Source: Chrysomallon squamiferum (Eukaryota; Animalia; Mollusca). Taken from it: DNA of 64,000 bases. Under the pieces are notes generated by a model. That model saw only the letters and a list, made by a program, of their open reading frames with translations, did not search any database and had not been told where the DNA came from. Each line of letters starts with the position of its first letter. The first letter of the stretch is position 1. The stretch is taken from the NCBI GenBank assembly GCA_012295275.1, contig CM022671.1, forward strand, positions 2,728,001 through 2,792,000, in the 5' to 3' direction. Below, one piece after another: positions 28,437 through 39,800 of the stretch. The position numbers and the translations under genes were made by a program.

Positions 28437-29161
28437 TTAAATACGTAGTTTTCGGAACTTATTTTTCATCAGTGGAATTAACATGTAGGCCTATTACTAC
28501 TGAAAAACGGTTTACTGATATTTTTTTTTTTTCATTTCTGATGAAGAAAAACTGGATTTATGTAATGTTATGCTTAATAGAAACTTCAGTCTTCCTTGTT
28601 AATCATGTTTCTAAAGATAATGGTTAAACGAAGGTTTTAAAAAATCATTTATGCACAATACTAATGACATGAATTGTTAGAAAAATGTATATGGTGCTAA
28701 ATATATTAAATTTCTATTTAATGCATCATGATGAATGGCTGTTTCAATAAAAGATAACATTAAGATAGCACAACGACAACAACATCAACAACCACGACAG
28801 CTATTACCACTATTAAATAAATTAACTGCTTAGTGTTTAAAACGGTCATTTGTTTTAGTAAGGAGAAATTTAGTCATCTAAAGCTGATTGGCTCTTTTTA
28901 ATTTTTTTTAATATATGGCTATCTAATTTACTGAACACATAAATGCAGTTAAGTAATGAAAATAATGTATTCACTTTTAAGACTGAACTCAAAGAGAAAA
29001 CAAAACTTAATATCAAATTCAGTTGTTTTATAACTGAATAAAGCTGCCCCAGTTCAGGCCGTGTGAATTGTATTTGGTAAGGAAGTCCGCATTCAGTAGT
29101 GCTTCTATCATCTCACTCAATCACAGAACTAAACAAGAACAACTAAAATTAATAACATGTA

Positions 29162-29435
29162 TGTGGCATGTTGGATAGAATTGTTTGGGGTTTTTGCCAT
29201 TGAATGGTATTGAAAACATCATCAAATCTCTACAAAGAATTGCTATGCCAAATGCTAATGATTTGGTAGGTTATTTTGATTCGACTTATATGAATGAACA
29301 CTACAGGAAATTATTTAGAAACCGCTGTAACATCATCAGTAACATCCCTGCACAATTTCAGCAGACGTCTGGTGTGCACTGGAGGCAACTCTCAGTGAGT
29401 GGGAAGGATGGAACAACACGTTTTTTCACTTGTCA
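29162..29435 (+). mobile_element. Frameshifted relic of a Mutator-like (MULE) DDE transposase C-terminal region
   Basis: Across frameshifts it reads CGMLD / GFLPLNGIE...LVGYFDSTYM...IPAQF / DVWCALEATLS..EGWNNTFFHL. This resembles the invertebrate MULE pattern LAFLP...YFDSTY...W.V..AT....EGWNN. Confidence 0.6.
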
Positions 29436-29863
29436 CGGTGACTAGTCGGACTGGTATTAATGCCTTAAAGTTGGCTCGTCCCGTGTAAGGGGTAACAGAC
29501 TATAAAAGAGTCACGTGAAAAAGTGTTAATGATCTGAGACAGTTTAAACTACTAAAAGACTAGTTTGTATCCGCTAGAGAATAATAACGCAAACAAAAAT
29601 TGAATACGGGTAATTGTTTTATGTATCACATAAATTAACCATCAATGGCAAAAATTGTAATTTAATCGAAAGATTCTCACGATATAATTCAAATAGAAAT
29701 AATGTTGTTATATGTTCTGCAAACATATAAATCATTATTTTATTTTGTTTTATTTGTTAAATACATTATAAATGCTGATATCAGGATAACTGTCAGATTT
29801 GTCTATTGAAGAAACAAAATAAGAAAACTGTTCATCATATTTAACAACTCGTCTCAGAAACGG

Positions 29864-30040
29864 ACATTTCTGTGGTCGTAATTCCCCGAGAAGAAAAATT
29901 CTATCTAAAGAAATACACCTTTGTTTACATACTGAATGGAGTTAAAATACATTTCTGTGGAGTGGTCGTAATTCCCCGAGAAGAAAGATTTCTATCGAAA
30001 GAAATACACCTTTGTTTATATACTGAATAGAGTTAACATA
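29864..30040. repeat. Tandem dimer of an ~85-90-bp unit
   Basis: 'acatttctgtgg..tcgtaattccccgagaagaaa..aagaaatacacctttgttta.atactgaat.gagttaa' at 29864 and 29949. Confidence 0.9.
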
Positions 30041-30586
30041 GATTTCTTGAGAATGCGAACGTGATCACATATGGTAATTTGATAGGTCACGACTAATTAA
30101 ATAAATAAAAAAGGAAGATATTTTGTATCTTACGAGTTCAAACAAGATTATTAAACTGGTTCCCTTAGTCGTGTTAAAACTGTCGTCTACTTTTTTATTT
30201 TATTTTATTTTATTTTATTTTTGTTTATTTATTTATTTATTTAGTAGTGGTAATACCTGTCGCGGTTGTTGATGTTGTTGTCGTTGTTCTATCTTAATGT
30301 GATCTTTTATTGAAACAGCCATTCATCATGATGCATTAAACAGAAATTTAATACATTTAGCACCATATACGTTTTTCTAACAATTCATGTGTATTGTGCA
30401 TAAATGATTTTTTTAGAAACCTTCGTTTAACCATAATCTTTAGAAACATGATTAAGCTTAAAATTACATAAATCCAGTTTTTCTTCATCATAAATAAACA
30501 GAAATATCAGTAATCCGTCTTTCAGTAATAGGCCTACAGGTTAATTCCACTGATGAAAAATAAATTCCGAAAAATACGTATTTAAG

Positions 30587-30621
<35 letters not shown>

Positions 30622-31407
30622 CAACTAAAAAAACAGTGAGTACGATTATATAATTTATTAGTAACTTTAACAAAGTAATAAATATAAAAAAGTAAATAAA
30701 TAAATAAAACACTTATTACATCACGGAAATTTGATATAAGTGAAAAATAGATTAATAGCAAAACGTACTATGAAAGAAAACTTACCCATGCAAACAAAAT
30801 CTACAACGTTAAAAGTCGCTGTATTTCTGTGTCGGCTTACGACAGGTGATAATATTTCTATGCAGATTAAAGTAGTTTTTATTAATTACTACTTTAGTAA
30901 AACAAAAACTTTAATAATATTATTTTAGGTGGACTGATAATTTAGTGTATACTTTTGATGTAAACACTTTTGGCCACAAGGAACGCCCTTCGACCTCTAC
31001 ACCCTCCCATAAATAAAAAGTTGGATTATAGATTTGGATTTTGGTTTATAATAGTTATATTGTGTATTTATTATCACGTTTATTTGTTTTTTCCATATTA
31101 TTTTGCAATATTTTATACGTAACAAAAGGAACGCCTTCATTCCATGATAGGACTTTTCGTCCATAGAACATTTTTTTGTGTAAAATATACGTTCTTGAAT
31201 GCATTTATAAGCTAAAATGTTAAGGCCAAAAATATTTTCTTTCTTACAGAATCATGTTTTTTTGATATTTCAAATGCTTAGCTGAAAATAGTTTAAAAAA
31301 ACAACATGATATATTTTGTTGATGTTTTTGTTTTAAATCACATAAATGAAATTTGTTCAATCCAAGGATTTATACTAATTGTGTTTACAAAATGAAGATA
31401 AAACTAC

Positions 31408-31410
<3 letters not shown>

Positions 31411-31504
<94 letters not shown>
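31411..31504. repeat. (AG)n microsatellite, paralogous to 27759-27846
   Basis: Pure AG run with homologous flanks. Confidence 0.98.
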
Positions 31505-31506
<2 letters not shown>

Positions 31507-31770
31507 GTTTCATATGAATTTGAAATTTGTCAGTGGTACATGACAAAAATACGATACAATTAGATAAGTATAAAACTCGATGAATGAGATAATTTACGAA
31601 CACATAATGATAATAACAGTAGACAAAGTTCAAGCGTTGTGAAGATTTGAAAAAATTATCTTGGTTATAAGCCTTCATCTCTGTGATATATGATTGTCAC
31701 ACAATGTGACAAAACCAACTAGTGTCTTAGTACACATGAAATAAAGTGATCATCCTTAAAAAAAAAAAAA

Positions 31771-31791
31771 TAATAATAATAATAATACATA

Positions 31792-31838
<47 letters not shown>
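31771..31838. repeat. (AAT)n microsatellite
   Basis: Visible AAT run with one interruption. Confidence 0.9.
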
Positions 31839-31839
<1 letters not shown>

Positions 31840-32274
31840 TAAAAAAATAAAAAAATAAATAGAAACCACCTACTAATCAAAGGAAAAAAAACAAAGAAAA
31901 AAATAATGGAATTTTTTGGCATGTTATTATGATCACGTGCTGTAAATTTCCACTGCTATTGGAATATATCGATACAATCATTTTCGAGGAAAAGAAATAC
32001 TATCCGGTTAAGAACAGTATATAAATTTGTCGTTGTCTGTGGTTTGCTCAGTTAGAACAAAACTTCTGACCTAAATGTGTGAATTCGCTATTGGTTTTGT
32101 GATGCCAAACCGGGCTTAGCAACGATCAAGTAACCAATGAAACATTAGGTAAGTAGATCTATGTGAGTTTGAAGGTTATTTTTCAATGTTATTTCAGGCG
32201 TTGCTGTTGATGGTGATAACGAAAATGTTACTGATATTATTATCATTTTGATTGTTATTATTATTGTTATTATC

Positions 32275-32315
<41 letters not shown>

Positions 32316-33893
32316 TAGTATTATTATTGTTGTTGCTTTTGTTGTTAATTGCTTAGAGTTTAAAACGGGTATTAAGTAGGTATAAGCCAAAAAAAAAAAA
32401 AAAAAACATTTCGCTTTAAAGAAACTTAGTTTGATAACGTATTATACATATCTTGCCACAAACTCGCTTTCGATTTCTGAATACTGATCACGGAGAAGTT
32501 TATCAAATATTTTATGTAAAAATATTTTTTGGAAACGTCAGCAAAGTCAGCGATCACTGGAAAAATCTTAGGTGAGTCAAGCAATCAAAATACGTTCCCC
32601 GTATAGAAATGCTACTATTGTGCTTAATTTCAACAAATGTTATGTTTGCGAGCGAGGATTCTGTGGTTGCGAAAAACTGTATACGTAATGCGGACGCAAT
32701 TAACAGTGCATTGTTTTAAAGATGAACAAACAGTTCATCATTGATTGCTCTTGTGTTTCAAAGGAAAATCCATCGAATAAAGTTATTTTAGCGGTAGGCA
32801 TCAGTCACGAGGCTCACACCTTTAAACATCTTGGATGTTTTATTAACATATACCATACTCGTCCGTAAAGACAATATCATTCAAAAACATTGGGATTCCC
32901 GCCTGACTGAGATTTAGTGTTGACCTGTTCCTTTCCTCCTTAATTATTTGAACCTCAAATCTTGAAAAAAATTAACGTGCTAATCAGAGCAAGCTGTTGT
33001 AAAGCACGTCTACGAGAGGCACGCTCGCTGACAGGTAACCTTAATTATTAAATACCAGCACCTTTAATAAGAACGCTATGGAGTTGAAAAATTGGCTAAA
33101 ACAATTTAATAAAAAAAAACGTGTACGTGATTGAAGTAACAATTTGTTACGCAATTTTAATTCCGTGGCATAAAATGCGCGGGTGTGATCGAAGTAACAA
33201 ATTGTTACGGAATCTCAATTCAGTGTCAGTATAAAAATAAATTCAAGAATCTAATGTCAAATGGCATATTTGTAATCATCATTTCAATCCACGATTTTAT
33301 AGTTGTATTTTTCGTACAGCAATAAGAATCAGTAGCACGCGTGAATCGAAAGCGCGCTAGAAATTTTACACAGCTAATCATATGTACAGAAAATATGAAC
33401 AGAAGTTTTAGCGTGTGTTGTGTCAGTTTATCGCCTCTGTCAGATCACTTTACGGTCATCGCTTTCCTGTAACGTGTGTCCGATTGGCTAATCCTCCGTC
33501 ACGTAGGCCTATATTTTATCTTTATAGGGGAATAATTTGCAAGTGATTTGTTTATCCACTCGGACTATGGCTGTATTATTATTGAATAAATTTTACTCAA
33601 GCGAACACGTGTTAGTGGCACATTGTAAACAACAACTTGTATTGGGTCAGCCTGTAGTGTTTGTCGATTGTGCTCGTCAAAACGTAACACAGTTAAGAAA
33701 GGTGATTATAATACTAAGGAAAAAAATGTGAAGTAAATGTTTCTAATGGGAGTTCACTAACTGCCTGGCAATTGAAGTGTCCCAAGGACAACAGGTGAAC
33801 AACAGAATCAGGGACACTTTTACAGGGCTACCCTATAGAATGACGGACACAGTATACCAACAGGTGGCGCCATAATATGAACTGTGGTATAAA

Positions 33894-34870
33894 GTTCATT
33901 TTACTGTAAGGTATTATAATCCAAGATGAACTTAGCGCCATCTATTTGCACTCGTTTCTGTACTACAGAGTGGCCCAGAAAAGGTTTCCCTGAGTCACAT
34001 TATTCGGAAACCGAGCATTATACAAATACAGTGACATCCTGTAGATCGTGCTAGTTAGCAAGCTGCCAGTAGATTCCTTTAAAGATCACTGCAAAATCTG
34101 GCACGCAGTAGAATTATCCCCATAATATCCACCCACGTTAATGATGTACTTCAGTTACTGAAAAGTTGATATTACAAAAAAGGCCACATTTGAGAAAAGG
34201 GGGGAATACAAAAAGGAATTCAGCATGGAAGGAAGTTTTTTTTATTTTATGTTATACTGTGTTGTAATACAGAAAATAATTAAAAGAATTGTCTAATATA
34301 ATATTGAACATCCCAGAATCTATATAATCTTAGAGTATTGTGTGTCTTAGCTTTTAAATCTGTTAATTTAATAAATAAATATTGTACTTTTTTTGTTTTA
34401 TCATGTCCCGTCAGTTATATAATATGGGCGTTGTTTATTTTGACCACGGAAGAAAATATACAAGTATAATTACACAAAATGAACAAAATAATTTTAACTT
34501 TTACGAACCTGATAATGGATTGCTATTAAAGGCCTCTTTTTATTTTTATTTTTTTATTTTTAATTCCCATCATTTATATTTTCTTTCATTGATTCCTTAT
34601 CATTTACTTATTATAGATATATTTTTGTTCATTTTACTGTAAGGTATTATAATCCAAGATGAACTTAGCGTCATCTATTTGCACTCGTTTCTGTACTACA
34701 GAGTGGCCCAGGAAACGTTTCCCTGAGTCAGATTATTCGGACACCGAGCATTATACAAATACAGTGACATCCTGTACATCGTGCTAGTTAGCAAGCTGCC
34801 AGTAGATTCCTTTAAAGATCACGGCAAAATCTGGCACACAGTAAAATTATCCCCCATAATAAGCTCCCAC
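33894..34870. repeat. ~240-bp direct repeat (33894-34135 and 34627-34870)
   Basis: Near-identical 'gttcattttactgtaaggtattataatccaagatgaacttagcg...attatccccataat'. Confidence 0.92.
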
Positions 34871-35334
34871 CAAACTTCGTAAGGTAGATGAAAATCTCCG
34901 ATATTAGTATAGTGTTCTTCTATTTTAAGATTTAAAAACCTCAAAGGATTTTAGATTTGTAGGTTGTGCTGCTAAAACGGTCTGGATTTTTTTCAAGAAA
35001 CTTGGAGATATGAGACACTTGTGTTGTTAATCTCAAGGTCCTAATAGTTCAAAAAAAAGAAAAGAAAAAAGAAAGAAACTGCTGAAAATGACCATATGTA
35101 AACCTCGGTTTGAATAACTTTTACTCAAGTGAACACGTGTTTCTGGCACATTGTAAGCAACTGACTACATTATGCTAAGTAGATACACAAGAAGGCATCT
35201 GCGCATGCACCATGAACTGGTTAATTACAATATTCATGACTTGCATGTGTGCATGCCGGGAATGGCAAAATGTTCATATGAAAACAATTTCGCAACCTGC
35301 TCTTCAGAGGATCGATAATGACGAGTCAGTTCAT

Positions 35335-35413
35335 GTCACGTGACGTCAAGCGTGCTTTCTTATTGGCTCAGACCGGTGTTGACAAACATTGGCGAACTGA
35401 TAATTTCAGCTAG
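35335..35413 (+). promoter_or_regulatory. Putative promoter and non-coding first exon of the FN3-GTPase gene
   Basis: GTCACGTGAC (35335-35344) overlaps TGACGTCA (35341-35348); inverted CCAAT (ATTGG) at 35362 and 35388; donor TAG|gtaatt at 35413/35414. Confidence 0.55.
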
Positions 35414-35904
35414 GTAATTCGATTAATATCATAATCAGCTGTTTCAAAAATATGTGATGAGATTTATTTATCTCGTTTTCGTTATTCACAACAAAAATAA
35501 AATAAAATAAAAATGCAGCAATTTTTGGAATGATTATCCTTCAAAGCAATATAGCAAAATATACATCAACATAGCTGTGGTGTTTTTAACACACCCTTAA
35601 TACCCCGACTCCACAAAACAACACTAAAACAGTCGAAGACTCTTAATTCTGTTAGTTAATATTTCAACTTAATGAGATTAAGACATTTTACATATTGAGG
35701 TGGTAATACCAACAACAAAATAAATAAAGTAAAATATATCCATTTGTGGTTTAATCTCGAACTCTGATACCTAGAGAAATGTATTTTATGATTATTATTT
35801 ACCGCCATGTAACTATTCTCGGTATCACTGGCATGTAATAGGTAAGTGGTAATTTACGTCTATGTTTGTCGTTTATAAAACCTTATAGAATTATAAAGTA
35901 CGAT

Positions 35905-36440
35905 GTAAGAAACAGACAAAGGATAAGTATTGTGAAGATTTGTATAAATGTATCCTGGTTGTAAACGTTCATTTTTTTGATATATGATTGTCACACAATG
36001 TCACAAAACGAATGAATGCCTTAGTATACATGTAATAACATGGTCATGTTTAAAATAATAATAAATAAATAAATACATTAAAAAAAAAACCATCCAATAA
36101 ACAAAATCAAAAGTAAAAATTTCCATACATATATGATTACATGCTGTAAATTACCACTGCTAATTGAATAAATAGAAAAAATTATTTTCGAGAAAAAGAA
36201 ATAATATCCGGTTGGGAAAAGTGTATAAATTTGTCGTTGTCTGTGGTTGGCTCAGTTACAACATAAATGTGTGAATTCGCTATCTGGTTCTGTTCTGTCA
36301 AAACAGCCGTGGCAACGATCACAGAAGCAAATCCGAAACATTAGATAAACATATCTATAGGAGTTAGAATGTTATTATTATTGTTGTTGTTACTGCCGTT
36401 TTTGTATTGTTAATGCTATTTCAGAAACTGCTGGTTGTTG
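35905..36440. repeat. Third diverged copy of the local repeat also at ~27860-28390 and ~31610-32240
   Basis: Shared 'ttgtgaagatttg', 'cacaatgt.acaaaa', 'tatccggtt', 'ataaatttgtcgtt', 'taaatgtgtgaattcgct' and 'aacgatca'. Confidence 0.85.
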
Positions 36441-36879
36441 TCAAATCTAGCTGTTTGAAAAATATTACATCATCTCAGGACCTAAAAACAATACTTAAGA
36501 TGAAGAAATTGTACTATGATGCCACGAAAAAACAAAAACAAATAAAAACAACAAAAAACAACAACAACATATTATTATTATTATACACTTATATTAAGTT
36601 TGAAATTGCAAAACTATATGTTACTGTTTACTATTATTATCTTTTTTATAAATAAAACAACCAAAATACTAACAAAAGAAACCAGATTCCATTTTAATAA
36701 AGAATTGTTAATGTAGTTATTAAAAATTAAAAAAAAAAAAAAAAAATTAAATAAAAAGTACATATCAATGTACATTAACGTGAGGTTGTCATTTTATTTT
36801 ATTTTTTTCCTTCAGATTTGAGTCTCAGTATTAATTAATTGGATCAACTCTGTGCATATCTCATACGAAAAGTATTAAA

Positions 36880-39800
36880 ATGTTTGGTAAGTGGATTACC
36901 ATGATTTATTTACTTTCAAACAGTATTAAAGATTAGTTTACTTTCAAACAGTATTAAAGATTAGTTTCCTTCACTGCTTTCATAACTTAATTTTGTTTTG
37001 TTTTATATTTAGTTGTCCTTATTTTACTGCAAATATGACATAGTTTTATTAATTTAATCTGAAAGAACTAAAGATTAAAGTAAACATTTATAATTACACA
37101 TTTCACTTTAAGGTTCCATCTTTTTATTCAGACTATTCTTTAACAATAAGACATAAATATAATTTGCAAATATGGATATTACTGCTAGCAAGGGCAAAAT
37201 GAATTATTATAAAATACACGAAGAAGACTTCAAAGCAGAGGTACATTGCACTATAATTTTGCCAGAAAGAAAAGATCTGTCTTAAACAATGAACAAATTA
37301 TTTAATACAGAATTTAAGATAAAACTGTACCTAGGTGTTCAAACCTGGGTGAACGTAATCAGAGGTACAAAAATAGATGAATACTGCAAATATCACAGTC
37401 ATTAAAAAGGCCACATATTTATGTAATTAAGCTAGTTTTTTTTTTTTTTTGTTCTTTAAAACTTCTTAAATGAACATTCTATGGAAAAGAAGTAAAGAAA
37501 ATTAATTCATTTTTACTCTGTGTAAGATATAAAAATATCAATCTCTTACTTTATAGATCACAATATTATGCAATGCTAAGATCTATTTCCATATGAATTA
37601 ACACGAAGAACATTTGGAACAATATATGAAGTGATCACTTCAGCGTAACATGGGAGATAATTATTCCCCTGTTGTAACAGTCAAATGGATTTGTTTTATT
37701 TCTTTTAGATTTATAGTTTGAAGTTAGAGTCAGTATTATTAATTGTTTGTAAATGTGTATCAAATAATATTTTTTTAATGTGGATGAATACATTTCTATT
37801 ATTATTATGTCACAAATGTTTAAATGTTTTCACTTAAATATCATTTTTGTCTTAAGTTTTAAAGAATATTATGAAATTCTTTGGATGGTCTTCAGAAGAT
37901 GTAAGTATAACTTTTCAGCAGAAATTTAATAAAACAAATAAATATGTAATCATTTGGCTCAACAATATTTTGTTATAATGGAATATTTTGTTGTAACTTT
38001 GATTCAGAATGCAGTAATTTCACTAACCATAGGCATACACTGTACATACTCATATAATTTATATATACACATACAAATAACATAATCCGGTTTTTGAAAT
38101 TATAAATTTAAAAGATAAAAACAAACACAAAACCCTATCTGCAATTTGGTTTTCACACTTCCAGTTAAAAAACAAGCCAACAAGTACAGAGTTAGGAAGT
38201 GATACAAAGAGTGGAAAGCCAACAAGTACAGAGTTAGGAAGTGATACAAAGAGTGGAAAGCCAACAAGTACAGAGTTAGGAAGTGATACAAAGAGTGGAA
38301 AGCCAACAAGTACAGAGTTAGGAAGTGATACAAAGAGTGGAAAGCCAACAAATACAGAGTTAGGAAGTGATACAAAGAGTGGAACGCCAACAAATACAGA
38401 GTTAGGAAGTGATACAAAGAGTGGAAAGCCAACAAATACAGAGTTAGGAAGTGATACAAAGAGTGGAAAGCCAACCAATACAGAGTTAGGAAGTGATACA
38501 AAGAGTGGAAAGCCAACCAATACAGAGTTAGGAAGTGATACAAAGAGTGGAAAGCCAACAAATACAGAGTTAGGAAGTGATACAAAGAGTGGAAAGCCAA
38601 CAAATACAGAGTTAGGAAGTGATACAAAGAGTGGAAAGCCAACAAATACAGAGTTAGGAAGTGATACAAAGAGTGGAAAGCCAACATGTACTGATTTAGG
38701 AAGTGATTATATCTGTCTGTCATGGAAAAGTCCCAATGAAGATGTAGTGTATTATGAAGTTAAACGGAAACAGAAAAAGGATGCCATGTGGGATAGGAAT
38801 TCTGTAATGACAACAGATAGCACACCAGCTCTACGTATTGAGGGTTTGCTACAGGAGACAGAATATTTATTCAAAGTCAGAGCTGTGTTTGAAGACAGTG
38901 AGGGAGAATTCAGTGAACAGAGTGACCCCATCAAAACAAAACAGTCTCCAGCAAAAGCTGTCCTTGAAAGCTGTCAGAAATTTCAAGATGGAAACCCAGC
39001 ATTTTACAAGCTGAAGTTAAAAGAAATCACCTCTTCTAAAAATAATGAACACAAAACAAGGAAACTGCAGTTTGGTAAGTTTCTTACATCTATTAAGTAT
39101 ATTTATATGATAATCCAGGAATTAGCAAGTTTTGTAAAGGAATAAAGTAATCCATAGTAAAAACTTTATTGAATGGCAGAAAATATTAGAGAAAAAACAA
39201 CAAACATTGGAAAAGAGATTGAAAACTGATTGACATTAACTGTTCACAATTCTGTCTTCAAAAACACGTTGCTGGTTGTTTTTACCAGTTCAGTTCAGTA
39301 TTACTCTGTACACAAACTGCATTATTCCATCCCACTAGGCATATGTCATAGATTTCAGAGCTATTTAAAGTCAGATTTAATTTTTGATTTTATTCTCCTT
39401 TAATTTGGTCAAATTTAAGTTCTCTGATAACAGATATTCACTTAAACACCACCAAATTCTGAAAGGAAACCTATAAACATCCATCTTCCGACATCCATTA
39501 AACAGATATCAGAATATTTATGACATTATTTCAGTGCATCAGATTAGCATTCATTAGTTGTTTAATTATTTAACTTTATTCTCTTTTAACACTAAAATCA
39601 GTATAAAGATACAAGCAAATGAATATCTATATAAGACAAATATTTAATTAACAATAAAACAAGGTTACATTTGCTGATTAAGGATGACAAAATCAATTTG
39701 CTAAAAAAGAACAAAACAAAAACAAACGAAAAAACACACTAAAAAACTATTTTCATACATGCCCCTTCAAAAGAGATTAGGAAGAGCTAAATCCAACCTT

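Larger units (their letters stand above)
28390..30620. repeat. ~400-bp inverted repeat pair (28390-28820 / 30235-30620), ~1.4-kb spacer
   Basis: 'aatgcatcatgatgaatggctgtttcaataaaagat' (28721) vs 'atcttttattgaaacagccattcatcatgatgcatt' (30302); 'tttttcatcagtggaattaac' vs 'gttaattccactgatgaaaaa'. Confidence 0.9.
24730..32375. repeat. Old diverged direct duplication: ~24730-28850 homologous to ~29715-32375
   Basis: Collinear shared blocks: 24733/29719, 24833/30118, 25050/30257, 27465/30928, 27631/31275, the (AG)n tracts, 28151/31982 and 28821/32345. Confidence 0.8.

Noticed and set aside
31525-31550. Minus-strand CHVPLT as the missing FANCD2 'HVP' exon
   Set aside because: The flanking residues do not resemble FANCD2 and there is no matching exon structure.
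37709-37749. Possible extra exon (tcttttag|ATTTATAG...GTTT|gtaaat) in the GTPase gene
   Set aside because: It is not needed for phase, its 41-nt length would break the frame, and support is weak without RNA data.
38174-38707. 42-bp repeat array as a CRISPR array
   Set aside because: Units are head-to-tail with no unique spacers, lie in frame in a spliced eukaryotic exon, and no cas genes are present.
38059-38723. Minus-strand ORFs of 153 and 207 aa with hydrophobic repeats
   Set aside because: They are antisense shadows of the 42-bp array; the plus frame is splice-bounded and continuous with the FN3 domain.
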